Assembly: GCA_001791305.1 (NCBI GenBank)
Contig: MGEI01000005.1
Coordinates: forward strand, 44,488-108,487
DNA from: Candidatus Uhrbacteria bacterium RIFCSPLOWO2_01_FULL_47_17
Lineage (GTDB): Bacteria > Patescibacteriota > Patescibacteriia > UBA9934 > GWF2-40-263
Length of the DNA stretch: 64,000 nucleotides
Direction: 5' to 3'
The notes beneath the pieces were generated by a model. It was not told where the DNA came from and did no database searches. It was given only the letters and a program-made list of their open reading frames with translations. Shown here piece by piece: positions 42,747 to 53,054 of the stretch; the stretch's first letter is position 1, and each line of letters opens with the position of its first letter. Both the position numbers and the translations under genes were made by a program.

Positions 42747-45626
42747 TTAGAGAACAGATTTGAGATATTTGCCGGTAATACTCTCTTTTACTTTTACAAT
42801 ATCCTTTGGAGTTCCTTCGGCCACAAGCTTCCCTCCTTTAATACCACCATCAGGCCCCATGTCAACCACCCAGTCGGCTCCTTTGATGACATCGAGGTTG
42901 TGTTCAATGATCACAACCGTGTTTCCCTTGTCGACGAGCATGTGGAGAACACCGAGAAGGCGCTTAATGTCCTCGAAGTGGAGTCCAGTCGTCGGCTCGT
43001 CGAGAATGTAGAGGGTTCGACCCGTTGCACGACGAGAGAGCTCTGTAGAGAGCTTCACGCGCTGTGCTTCTCCTCCCGAGAGGGTCGTTGCACTTTGTCC
43101 GAGACGGATGTATCCGAGTCCGACTTCATGAAGTACGTCGAGCTTTTCGAAAATGGATGTCTGATCCGCAAAAAAGCGTCGCGCTTCTTCCACGGTCATG
43201 TTTAAGATATCCGAAATATTTTTCTGTTTGTAGTGAACCTCGAGCACTTCTTGGTTGTAACGTGTTCCGCGACATTCGGTACACTCGACATACACATCCG
43301 GAAGAAACTGCATTTCAATGCGGCGCACTCCGTCACCTGAACATGTTTCACAACGTCCACCACCCTTTACGTTAAAACTGAATTTTCCCGCATCAAAATT
43401 TCGCATCTTTGCTTCCGGAACTTCTGTATACAAATCACGAATGGCGGTGAAGACTCCTGTGTAGGTTGCAGGGTTTGAACGCGGTGTGCGCCCGATTGGC
43501 GATTGATCGACCGCGACAACTTTGTCGATGTGTTCAATGCCTTTGATCGCTTTGTGTGCTCCTGGATATTCTTTCGCGCGATAGAAATGTTTCGACAACG
43601 ACTTGCCGAGAATGTCGAGAATGAGTGTTGATTTTCCAGAACCAGAAACGCCGGTGATACAAACGAGCTTTCCGAGCGGAATCGATACGCTCACGTTTTG
43701 CAAATTGAATGCGGTCGCCCCAACAATGTCGATACTCTTTCCATTGCCTTTTCGATATTTTTTTGGAAGTGGAATGGATCGATCGCCGGACAAATAAAGT
43801 CCCGTGAGCGAATGTTTGTTCTTTTTAATTTGCGCAGCGGTTCCTTCTGCCACAATCTCTCCACCATATTCTCCCGCACCTGGACCGACGTCAAAGACGT
43901 AATCGGCAGCTTGAATCATCGCTTCATCATGTTCAACCACAATCACCGAGTTTCCAAATTCTTGCAGACGACGAATGGTTTGGATCAAACGATCGTTATC
44001 GCGCGGGTGAAGTCCAATGGAAGGCTCGTCGAGAATATAAATCACGCCCGAGAGTCCGCTTCCAAGCTGAGAGGCAAGGCGCACGCGCTGTGCTTCTCCA
44101 CCAGAAAGTGTCATCGCGGAACGATCGAGAGTCAAATATCCAAGACCAACTTCGGTGAGCTGTGCCAAACGCGCACAAACTTCTTTTCCAACTCGTTCCG
44201 TGACCAATTGCTCATCACCCGAAAGTCCGCTGATCAAATTTTGTTTCTCTTCTTTCTTCCCTTTTCCGCCCTCTCCGCCTTTTCCGCCCTTCCCCAACAC
44301 CCCTTCGAAAAATCCCTTCACATCCTCAACCGGCATGTTCACGATATCCGCGATCGACTTATCTGCGATCGTAATCGCGAGCACAGCGGGTTGCAAACGC
44401 TTTCCGGAACATCCGGGACAGAGCATGCGGCGCATGTAACCCTCGAGTTCGGAACGAACATAATCAGAATCGGTTTCGCGATATTTTTGTTCAAGTTGTG
44501 CGAGGACTCCTGGAAACACAACTTCTTGCGAATCAAAAGAGTAAAGCTCTGCGCCCGTTCCATACAAAATAACATCCATTTTTGCCTTCGGGATTTTTTC
44601 AACCGGAACATCTAATGGGATTTTGTGTTTCTTTCCAACAAGGTCGAGCATGCGCAGATAGCTAGTTTGGTTTCCCGCAATCTTTGACCATGGGCGAATT
44701 GCGCCTTCTTCGAGCGTGAGGCGACCATTTGGAATCACAAGCTCAGGCTCAAGCACGAGTTTCTCGCCAAGCCCTGTACACTCGGTACATGCTCCGTATG
44801 GAGAGTTGAATGAGAACAAGCGTGGTTCTGGTTTTGGTAAATTCAAGCCACAGTTCACACACATGAAACTCTGGGAGAACGAACGTTCATCTCCGTTTTC
44901 ATCATTTACGAGCGTCACAAATCCATTTCCGTAATCGAGCGCCTTTTTCATCATTTGTGTGATGTGATCCTTCGAGTATGTCTGTCCACCTTGGAACGCA
45001 AAAATAAGAACATCCAAATCATGATCTTTCTTTTTATCTTTGCGCATGTTCACCGCCTCGTCTGTGTCGATAATCAATCCATCATAACGAACGCGCGTAA
45101 ACCCAGCGTTCAATGCGGCTTGCAAAACATGTTTATGTTCTCCTTTTTGTTTTGAAACAACCGGTGCAAACAAAAGAAGTGTGTCCTTCCCGAGAGATCC
45201 TTCGACGATCTTTGTCATCTGCTCAAGTGTCTGCTCTTGAACAACCGCTCCACACTTCGGACAATGTGGACGTCCGGCACGTGCAAATAAAACACGCAAA
45301 AAATCATAAATTTCTGTGACGGTTCCAACCGTAGAGCGTGGATTGTGGGATGAAGACTTTTGGTCAATCGCAATGGTTGGCGAAAGGCCGAGCATTTCAT
45401 CCACATCTGGTTTGTCTTGGAGTTCAAGAAACTGACGAGCATAGCTCGAAAGCGATTCCATGTAGCGGCGTTGTCCTTCTGCGTAAATCGTGTCAAAAGC
45501 GAGTGAAGATTTTCCGGATCCGGAAAGCCCTGTGATCACCACGAGTTTATTTTTAGGAATGTTCACATCAATATTCTTGAGGTTGTGAACGCGCGCACCG
45601 CGAATGGAAATGTATTCTTGAGGCAT
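42747..45626 (-). CDS. uvrA: Excinuclease ABC subunit A
   Basis: GARVHNLKN, two GxSGSGKS Walker A motifs, LSGGEAQR twice, zinc fingers. Confidence 0.99.
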   Translation of the reverse strand: MPQEYISIRGARVHNLKNIDVNIPKNKLVVITGLSGSGKSSLAFDTIYAEGQRRYMESLSSYARQFLELQDKPDVDEMLGLSPTIAIDQKSSSHNPRSTVGTVTEIYDFLRVLFARAGRPHCPKCGAVVQEQTLEQMTKIVEGSLGKDTLLLFAPVVSKQKGEHKHVLQAALNAGFTRVRYDGLIIDTDEAVNMRKDKKKDHDLDVLIFAFQGGQTYSKDHITQMMKKALDYGNGFVTLVNDENGDERSFSQSFMCVNCGLNLPKPEPRLFSFNSPYGACTECTGLGEKLVLEPELVIPNGRLTLEEGAIRPWSKIAGNQTSYLRMLDLVGKKHKIPLDVPVEKIPKAKMDVILYGTGAELYSFDSQEVVFPGVLAQLEQKYRETDSDYVRSELEGYMRRMLCPGCSGKRLQPAVLAITIADKSIADIVNMPVEDVKGFFEGVLGKGGKGGEGGKGKKEEKQNLISGLSGDEQLVTERVGKEVCARLAQLTEVGLGYLTLDRSAMTLSGGEAQRVRLASQLGSGLSGVIYILDEPSIGLHPRDNDRLIQTIRRLQEFGNSVIVVEHDEAMIQAADYVFDVGPGAGEYGGEIVAEGTAAQIKKNKHSLTGLYLSGDRSIPLPKKYRKGNGKSIDIVGATAFNLQNVSVSIPLGKLVCITGVSGSGKSTLILDILGKSLSKHFYRAKEYPGAHKAIKGIEHIDKVVAVDQSPIGRTPRSNPATYTGVFTAIRDLYTEVPEAKMRNFDAGKFSFNVKGGGRCETCSGDGVRRIEMQFLPDVYVECTECRGTRYNQEVLEVHYKQKNISDILNMTVEEARRFFADQTSIFEKLDVLHEVGLGYIRLGQSATTLSGGEAQRVKLSTELSRRATGRTLYILDEPTTGLHFEDIKRLLGVLHMLVDKGNTVVIIEHNLDVIKGADWVVDMGPDGGIKGGKLVAEGTPKDIVKVKESITGKYLKSVL

Positions 45627-45737
45627 AGAAAAAGAGGTCGACAAACGAAACCAACGAAAGATTAAATCGTCTGCGACTCTATCATGGAAAATAAAAACGG
45701 GCAAGCCTTGAGGCTCACCCGAAATAAAATCGTGCAT

Positions 45738-47198
45738 TTAATATTTTCCAGGCTCGTAAAGCGTTCCATCAATCTCTATCGTTTTGCTTGGAACACAGTC
45801 ATCTTTTTGATTATAAAAACCAGTTGAATATTTACACATTCCAGTTAAAGAAGATACGATTGGGGAACCAGCCGGGAAACCAAGTCCGCACGGATTTTCA
45901 TGACAAATAGATTCCAATCCAAAATTTCCTTTGTTAATTCCCGCTTGTGTATTCTGAATATCCTCGAGCGGCTGTCCACCCGGCTTCTCATCATTTGTCG
46001 CAAGTTGCGTATCATAATCAGAACAGGATTTTACGGCCGCACAATTGAGCGTAATCACCGCACAGGTTCCTCCTGTCACAACCGTCCCTGCCCCAGCCGC
46101 GACACCTGTAATCATATCTGAATCTTCCGTGTATCCACAGCGAATAATCGCTGCATCTTTTATTCCGGATGCTGCGGGTGATAATTGTGAACAAGCGGAT
46201 GAAGATGGCTTGATTCCCAGTGTATTCCCTTTCGTCAGTGCTTTACATTCCACACACTTTGCTGTTGCTCCACTTCCAAGACATCCTTTTCCTGCAGGAC
46301 AGCTTTTAAAATCACAAGAGATTCCAGCAGCGACGGCCGGGGCTTTGTCATCATAAGCGATCACATTCGATGATTTTCCACAGTCTTCTCCTGTCGTAAA
46401 ATCTGTCTCCATTTTAAAGAGAAGTTTTCCGTCTTTATCTTTTTTTAATTTATATTCTTCACAAGAAGCAGCTCCCTCCGGGAGGCCAATAGGTTTGACC
46501 ATGGGAAACTTTGGAACTTGTAGTTTGATCAGGTATGGATTAACCGTTTGTGCAATAAGCGTCACACACAACAGCAAGACAAAACCAGTGATACCATTTT
46601 TGATGCGATCTTTTCCTTTTGAGACGCCGTCCTTTGTACTTGCTCCAATGGTGTACTGAAGCCCACCGATCATCACCATGATGATGGAAATAATGATTCC
46701 CGTGTTAATGATGAACGAAAAGATTGCATTAATATATTCTCCAATATCTCCGGTAAGCGTAAGTGGCTTTGAAGGATCTGTTGGATTTGGAATGGAAACG
46801 TTTAATGCCACTTTCACCGCATTCTTTGGATCTGGAAAACAGTATCCCTGACCCTTCACACAGTCCCAAGCCTGTTTACTATCAAGAACACCACTTTGTT
46901 TTTCACATTGTTCTTTTGTATAACAATACGGACTTCTATCTGGTGCTTGCGCTGCGGTAAAGGCACACGCGGCCATGGCAAACCCCTTTGATTTACACAT
47001 GGATACACAGGCGTCACGCGTTGTTTTTGTGTCTTTATCCGGGTATCGGGTTGCTCCCGCACTTGTTGCACAATAACAGTCGCACGTGGTTGGCGTTGGC
47101 ACCGCAGCAAAACTTACAGGGACAAAAAGAAAAAAAACAATCGCAACGCATGCGAGGGTGCATGCTGTGTGATGAACAAAAATTCGCAATGCTTGCAT
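45738..47198 (-). CDS. CPR-type pilin-like protein (TrbC/VirB2-like TM hairpin) with Cys-rich domains
   Basis: YINAIFSF...IMVMIGGLQY...GKDRIKNGITGFVLL...TVNP, flanked by Cys-rich regions. Confidence 0.75.
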   Translation of the reverse strand: MQALRIFVHHTACTLACVAIVFFLFVPVSFAAVPTPTTCDCYCATSAGATRYPDKDTKTTRDACVSMCKSKGFAMAACAFTAAQAPDRSPYCYTKEQCEKQSGVLDSKQAWDCVKGQGYCFPDPKNAVKVALNVSIPNPTDPSKPLTLTGDIGEYINAIFSFIINTGIIISIIMVMIGGLQYTIGASTKDGVSKGKDRIKNGITGFVLLLCVTLIAQTVNPYLIKLQVPKFPMVKPIGLPEGAASCEEYKLKKDKDGKLLFKMETDFTTGEDCGKSSNVIAYDDKAPAVAAGISCDFKSCPAGKGCLGSGATAKCVECKALTKGNTLGIKPSSSACSQLSPAASGIKDAAIIRCGYTEDSDMITGVAAGAGTVVTGGTCAVITLNCAAVKSCSDYDTQLATNDEKPGGQPLEDIQNTQAGINKGNFGLESICHENPCGLGFPAGSPIVSSLTGMCKYSTGFYNQKDDCVPSKTIEIDGTLYEPGKY

Positions 47199-47207
47199 CA
47201 TACACGG

Positions 47208-47951
47208 TTAATTCTTTTGGTCATTCATGGACCAAATGACATTTTCAAGAATATTTTGAGGGATAGATCCTGGAATCCGATTTCCATTAATAAAAAACGT
47301 TGGAGTTCCACGCACACCAGCTGCAAGACCATCCGCATAATCTTGTTCAACCTGTTTTGTGTACGTCCCAGCAATAAGACAAGCATGAAAATGCGTTGTG
47401 TCTAAATTCAGCTGATTGGCGAACTGTTCAAACGATGCCTCTTCAAGCGTATCTTGATTTTGATACAGTTTGTCATGATATTCCCAAAATTTTCCTTGTG
47501 CGTTTGCGCAGGCAGATGCTTCTGAAGCTTTTTGTGCGAGTGGATGCAATTCAAGGAGTGGAAAATCTCTGTAGATGTAGGCAAATTGGTTTGGATATTT
47601 TATGGCAAGCGCACGCATGACAAAACTGGACGTACGAGAAAACGGACAACCAAAATCTGCAAACTCGACGATGGTGACAGGAGCATTGCGAGATCCAAGC
47701 ATGGGGCGATCATTCACAACAACGTCCACGGTTCCGTCTTTCACAGGTTCAGAGACGATTTTTGAAAGAGACGAAACCGTTTGGGAAAAATTTAAATCGG
47801 AAAGATTTAACGTTCCGTTTCGAATTTGAGTGGTGTAAAAAACAACGCGCCAAACAAATGCACCGAGCAACAAAAGAATCACGAGAGTCACAATCGTGCC
47901 GACCCAACCGCGCTTGCGATGAATTTGAGCCTCCTCATTCATGTAAGACAT
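47208..47951 (-). CDS. DsbA family thioredoxin-fold protein
   Basis: EFADFGCPFS (CxxS), RDFPL and GVRGTPTFFING motifs. Confidence 0.9.
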   Translation of the reverse strand: MSYMNEEAQIHRKRGWVGTIVTLVILLLLGAFVWRVVFYTTQIRNGTLNLSDLNFSQTVSSLSKIVSEPVKDGTVDVVVNDRPMLGSRNAPVTIVEFADFGCPFSRTSSFVMRALAIKYPNQFAYIYRDFPLLELHPLAQKASEASACANAQGKFWEYHDKLYQNQDTLEEASFEQFANQLNLDTTHFHACLIAGTYTKQVEQDYADGLAAGVRGTPTFFINGNRIPGSIPQNILENVIWSMNDQKN

Positions 47952-48172
47952 TTTATGTTAAAAAGTATATCATAGAATCACCTCTATGCGAGATAAAACA
48001 ACAGAGTCTGCAGACGCGGAATCCAAAGAACAGGAACGCGCAAAACGTCGGCATACAAAACAAAACCCAAAGATGAAAATGACGGGAAAAGGCATGAAAC
48101 GCTTTGCAAACCCAAAAAAACCATCCACAAACGGTTGACGATTGGGGTCGTTTTTGATACCATTATTTCACT

Positions 48173-48394
48173 ATGAACATTGATCTCATTCTCAAAATTT
48201 CGACAGTTGTTCTTGCGGTGTTGCTTACGGTCTCTATTTTATTGCAATCACGTGGAACTGGAATTGGTGCAGCGTTTGGCGGAGGCGGAAACGTTTATCG
48301 CACAAAACGCGGTGCAGAAAAAAAATTATTTCAAGTCACGATTATCATCGCCATTCTCTTTTTTGGTGTCTCTCTTGCAGCCATTCTTTTGTAA
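48173..48394 (+). CDS. secG: Preprotein translocase subunit SecG
   Basis: ILLQSRGTGIGAAFGG...TKRGAEK. Confidence 0.95.
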   Translation: MNIDLILKISTVVLAVLLTVSILLQSRGTGIGAAFGGGGNVYRTKRGAEKKLFQVTIIIAILFFGVSLAAILL

Positions 48395-48564
48395 CGCGGA
48401 TTCATTCTTAACTCCGCAACATCTTTACGTTTAATCGTTTTTTTAAATCTTCAAAGAATCCGGAAGCTCGTCAAACAAAAAACCTGGCCCTTCGCCAGGT
48501 TCTTTCTGTCACAAAACCACGCTCATTTCCAACATGGAAACAATGGGAACAGCTCCCAACCGTC

Positions 48565-50259
48565 ATGAGTGCTCCTGAAAAAAAACTGTTTGCGGGTTCA
48601 CTCAGTCTCATCTGTCTTTCCCTTCTCGTTCTTGCAGGAGCGTATATTTTTGCGCACCGCGTTGAACTCCCGGCGGTTGGCGGTGACAACACAGAAGCAC
48701 TCATCGGAACCCCAAGACTCATTAACCCGCTTTATGCCTCCACAAATGACGCAGATGCTGATCTTGCATCCCTCATTTATTCAGGCCTCATGACATGGGA
48801 TCCTGCACAAGGATACATAAATGACCTTGCAGACTCTGTCACGGTGAGTGATGACCGATTAAGCTACACGGTTCGCGTCAAACAAAACGCCAAATTTTCT
48901 GATGGCGAACCTGTTCAAGCACGCGATGTCGTTTTTACCTACTCAGCTCTGCAAGATCCAGATTATCGCAGTCCCCTTGCCTCAGATTTTAGCGACATAA
49001 AAATAGAACAGGTTGATGACCAAACCGTCTTGTTTACACTCAAAAATCCCGACCCGTCATTCACACACAAACTCACAACAGGTATCCTCCCGGAAAATCT
49101 GTGGTCTGATATTTTGGCACAAAATGTTCCGCTCGCCTCGTTGAATTTGCAGCCCATTGGAAGCGGTCCGTATGCCTTTCAGGAATTTACGAAAGATAAA
49201 AAAGGCTCCATTCGGACCTACACCTTAAAACGAAACACGCATTACTACGGCACAGAACCAAAAATTGAAAAATTCATTTTCAAATTTTATCCAGACGAAT
49301 CGTCTGCCACACAAGCGCTTATCAACAAAAATGTAGAGGCGGTCGGATATGTCGCCTTTGAACATCGCGGAGCTGTTGAAAACAACCACGGTGTAAACTT
49401 GGTCTATTCTGCCATCCCTCGCGGGACCGCTCTCTTTTTCAACAAAGAAAACGCTCTCCTGAAAAATGCAGCAATTCGCCTTGCCATTGCCCAAGCAATT
49501 GATAAAAACAAAATCGTCTCTGAAGTTCTCTCCTCCCATGCAACCGTCATGAACGGACCACTCTTCCCAGGCACAACCGCGTTTGATTCAGCCTTTACCG
49601 GCACCACATTTGATCCATCCGCGGCAGCATCCGGATTAGACACGGCTGGTTTTCAAAAACCCGTCGGCGCTACATTACGTCAAATTCCTCTCACAGCCGT
49701 ACAAAAAGCAGCAAAAAAAACAGAAACAACGGAACAAACAATCCCAGAACTCATGTTCACGCTTACAACCATCTCAAGTGAGGAATTTGTCCGTGTGGCA
49801 GAAGAAATTAAAGATGAGTTAAGTCTTCTTGGAATCGGTATCACGATAAAAACCATTGACGCAGAACACCTCATGAGTGATGTTGTTGTTACACAAGATT
49901 TCGAACTCCTCCTTGCGTCAAACTACGGAGCAACAAATCCGGACCCATTCTTCTTCTGGCATTCATCTCAAACGGGCAAAGGCGGATTCAATGTCGCACA
50001 GTATCAAAATGCGGAAGTCGATAAGTTGCTTGAAAAAGCACGCGCGGCAAAAACCGAAGAAGAACAAGACGTCTTCTCTCGACAAATGCAAGCTCTTCTG
50101 GTAAAAGATGTCCCAGCTGTATTCCTGTATCAATCCATGTACACATTCGCGGAACCAAAAAAGATTCATCTGAATCCCCCACCGCAATTACGCATCCCAT
50201 CAGATCGCTTTGCAAATGTCGAAGATTGGTACATCAAGACAAAACAAACGTTGAAATAA
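48565..50259 (+). CDS. Peptide ABC transporter substrate-binding protein (family 5); true start may lie further upstream
   Basis: INPLYA...LIYSGL, FSDGEPVQARDVVFT and PIGSGPY motifs. Confidence 0.88.
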   Translation: MSAPEKKLFAGSLSLICLSLLVLAGAYIFAHRVELPAVGGDNTEALIGTPRLINPLYASTNDADADLASLIYSGLMTWDPAQGYINDLADSVTVSDDRLSYTVRVKQNAKFSDGEPVQARDVVFTYSALQDPDYRSPLASDFSDIKIEQVDDQTVLFTLKNPDPSFTHKLTTGILPENLWSDILAQNVPLASLNLQPIGSGPYAFQEFTKDKKGSIRTYTLKRNTHYYGTEPKIEKFIFKFYPDESSATQALINKNVEAVGYVAFEHRGAVENNHGVNLVYSAIPRGTALFFNKENALLKNAAIRLAIAQAIDKNKIVSEVLSSHATVMNGPLFPGTTAFDSAFTGTTFDPSAAASGLDTAGFQKPVGATLRQIPLTAVQKAAKKTETTEQTIPELMFTLTTISSEEFVRVAEEIKDELSLLGIGITIKTIDAEHLMSDVVVTQDFELLLASNYGATNPDPFFFWHSSQTGKGGFNVAQYQNAEVDKLLEKARAAKTEEEQDVFSRQMQALLVKDVPAVFLYQSMYTFAEPKKIHLNPPPQLRIPSDRFANVEDWYIKTKQTLK

Positions 50260-50279
50260 AATCGGCTCGTAGAACTGCT

Positions 50280-50366
50280 GGACGAATGGCGGAATTGGTA
50301 TACGCGCAGGTCTCAGAAGCCTGTGCCTTCACGGGCTTGAGAGTTCGAGTCTCTCTTCGTCCACCA
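50280..50366 (+). tRNA. tRNA-Leu(CAG)
   Basis: Anticodon arm CAGGT-CTCAGAA-GCCTG, long variable arm, CCA. Confidence 0.95.
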
Positions 50367-50725
50367 CTTCTACGAGCTGTGGCGAAATTGCAACGATCGA
50401 ATTGGTCGATCTTTCGTAAACGCGATACAATAGTCACAGAGACCGCATGCGACATTTTCCGGATGATTTCAGCCTATGGGATCATCTCAAAAAGTTCGCA
50501 TGTGCGTCATGCATCAAATACGGAGAGGAACCGTTCTTTTACAACTGAACATACGTACGATCAAAAAGTGTTATTTTTTGTTTTTGTCTTTTTTGATCGC
50601 TTACACCAAAAACAAGAGTCATTGAGTCGATAAGTCGTTCAGTCAAGGTGTTTTATTTGTTTAAAAACAAAAAAACTTCCTAGACTTATAGACTTAACGA
50701 CTCAACGACTTCTAAACTCAGTTTT

Positions 50726-52540
50726 ATGGCACAACCAAACCCAAAACCAGGAACTCCGAAACCTGGTCATCAAAAATCCGGAGACAACAAATTTCGTGGA
50801 CGCGTTTTTCGCGCACAACCAAAACGCTTTGTGGAAACTCCACAACAAGTCAGCTCAGTCAAAACCTATTCCACCTCAAGTGGAGACAAGCTCCGCATTA
50901 TGGTGCTTGGAGGATGTGAAGAAGTTGGACGCAACTGTACGCTTCTTGAATACAAAGATGACATCATCCTCATTGACATGGGACTTCAGTTCCCAGAAGA
51001 AAACATGCCGGGAGTGGATTATATCATTCCAAACATGACGTATCTGAAAGGCAAAGAAAAAAACGTGCGCGGAGTCATTATTACCCATGGTCACTATGAC
51101 CACATCGGTGCGATTCCTCACACCATTCCAAACATCGGCAATCCGCCTATTTATGCATTGCCAATGTCCGCTGGAATCATCAAACGCCGTCAGGAAGATT
51201 TCCACACACGTCCGCTTAACCTAAAAGTCACAAAAAATACAGATGTTTTGAAGCTCGGTGCCTTCACCGTTTCGTTCTTCCACATCAACCACAACATCCC
51301 AGACTCCGTCGGAATTGTGGTAGACACACCAGTTGGAACCGTTTGTCACACCGGAGACTGGAAGTTTGACTTTCATCCGGCCGGAACAGAACATGCGGAC
51401 TTTCAAACCATCGCCGCGATCGGAAAAAAGGGCGTGCTCGTGCTCATGGGAGATTCCACAAACGCAAACGTGCCCGGACATCAGGTCTCGGAAAAAGTCA
51501 TTGAAGACGAATTACGTACCGTGATTGAAAAAGCACAGGGCCGCGTGATTATTGGAACCTTCGCTTCCCTGCTCGCTCGCGTCAAACAGATTATTGAAAT
51601 CTCCGAGTCTCTCGGAAAAAAAGTCGCGATCGACGGATACTCGATGCGCACAAACATTGAAATCGCAAAAGAACTCGGTTTCATTAAGTGCCAAGCATCC
51701 ACGCTCATCAAGCCAGAACAAATGGATGGCTACTCAGACAACAAGCTCGTGCTTATTTGTACGGGTGCACAGGGCGAAAAGAAAGCGGCTCTGAACCGCA
51801 TTGCAAATAATGAACACCGTGTTATCCGCATTCGCAAAACAGACACAGTCATTTTCTCAAGCTCGGTTATTCCGGGAAATGAAAACTCCGTACAGCGCCT
51901 CATGGACACGCTTTATCGCAAAGGATGCAAAGTCATCAACTATAAAATGATGGACGTGCACGCCGGAGGTCACGCGAAAAAAGAAGACATCAAGCTCATG
52001 CTTGCCCTCTTTAAACCAACCTACTACGTGCCGATTGAAGGAAACCACTTCTTGCTCCGCGAAAACGGACTCGTGGCGCAATCCATGGGTTGGAAAGAGG
52101 AGAACATCTTCATTGTCGACAATGGACAAATCATGGAGTTCTCGAAGGGGCACGGAAAACTCACTAATGAAAAAGTTCCAACAGATTACGTCTTCGTAGA
52201 CGGACTCGGAGTTGGAGATGTTTCCCAAGTTGTTCTTCGTGATCGCCAAGTTTTGGCAGAAGACGGAATGGTCGTCGTGATTGTCCAAGTCGAGAAAAAC
52301 AGCGGAAAACTCGTCGGTAACCCGGATATTGTCTCTCGTGGATTTATTTTCATGAAAGACCATATTGAGTTGATTGAAGGAACCCGCAAGGAAGTCAAAA
52401 AACTTGTGGTCGAGAAAGCTCCCGGATCTGAATTGGATCCAAAATACCTCCGCGATCAAATTCGCGATGAAGTTGGAAAGTTCTTGTTTAAAAAGACAGA
52501 ACGCCGACCAATGATTTTGCCAGTGATTATTGAAGTGTAG
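50726..52540 (+). CDS. rnj: Ribonuclease J
   Basis: LGGCEEVGRN, THGHYDHIG, HAGGH; C-terminal RRPMILPVIIEV. Confidence 0.96.
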   Translation: MAQPNPKPGTPKPGHQKSGDNKFRGRVFRAQPKRFVETPQQVSSVKTYSTSSGDKLRIMVLGGCEEVGRNCTLLEYKDDIILIDMGLQFPEENMPGVDYIIPNMTYLKGKEKNVRGVIITHGHYDHIGAIPHTIPNIGNPPIYALPMSAGIIKRRQEDFHTRPLNLKVTKNTDVLKLGAFTVSFFHINHNIPDSVGIVVDTPVGTVCHTGDWKFDFHPAGTEHADFQTIAAIGKKGVLVLMGDSTNANVPGHQVSEKVIEDELRTVIEKAQGRVIIGTFASLLARVKQIIEISESLGKKVAIDGYSMRTNIEIAKELGFIKCQASTLIKPEQMDGYSDNKLVLICTGAQGEKKAALNRIANNEHRVIRIRKTDTVIFSSSVIPGNENSVQRLMDTLYRKGCKVINYKMMDVHAGGHAKKEDIKLMLALFKPTYYVPIEGNHFLLRENGLVAQSMGWKEENIFIVDNGQIMEFSKGHGKLTNEKVPTDYVFVDGLGVGDVSQVVLRDRQVLAEDGMVVVIVQVEKNSGKLVGNPDIVSRGFIFMKDHIELIEGTRKEVKKLVVEKAPGSELDPKYLRDQIRDEVGKFLFKKTERRPMILPVIIEV

Positions 52541-52616
52541 ATCAAAACCCACTCAAAAAAAACGAGTGGGTTTTTGATTTGCATTTAGTGGATTGGATCG
52601 CTATACTAACTTTAAT

Positions 52617-52835
52617 ATGAATTACGCATTTACAACCGTTATTACAAAAGAAGACAAATGGTACGTTGCCGAATGTATTGAACTTGGAGTTGCTTCGCAA
52701 GGAAAATCCATTGAAAAAGCCCAAGATAATCTGCGAGAAGCGGTAGAGTTGTATCTTGAAGATCAGCCAAAAAATCGACGACCACGTTTTCGTCGAGAAC
52801 CACTTATCTCCACAATGTACATCTCGCATGTCTGA
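52617..52835 (+). CDS. hicB: HicB-family antitoxin (short form)
   Basis: YVAECIELGVASQGKSIEKAQDNLREAVELYLE. Confidence 0.88.
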   Translation: MNYAFTTVITKEDKWYVAECIELGVASQGKSIEKAQDNLREAVELYLEDQPKNRRPRFRREPLISTMYISHV

Positions 52836-53052
52836 TACACTCTCCGGCAGACAATGCATAACGATTTTATGCCGTGAGTTCGGTTTTTTTATTACAAGCC
52901 AAAAAGGAAGCCACGTAAAGCTCAGAAAAACTGTCGGAAGAATTGTTATTACAACGATTGTTCCACTGCATAAAGAACTTTCTCTTGGAACACTTCGTAA
53001 AACTCTTAAACTCGCCGAAGTGGATTTCGACCAATTTTCAAATTATTACTAA
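52828..53052 (+). CDS. hicA: HicA-family toxin
   Basis: SQKGSHVKL...IVPLHKELSLGTLRKTL. Confidence 0.88.
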   Translation: MSDTLSGRQCITILCREFGFFITSQKGSHVKLRKTVGRIVITTIVPLHKELSLGTLRKTLKLAEVDFDQFSNYY

Positions 53053-53054
53053 TT

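Noticed and set aside
48412-48564. Frameshift or pseudogene in the ABC substrate-binding gene
   Set aside because: The frame is open back to 48412 without an ATG, so a non-canonical start is possible, but there is no evidence of disruption.
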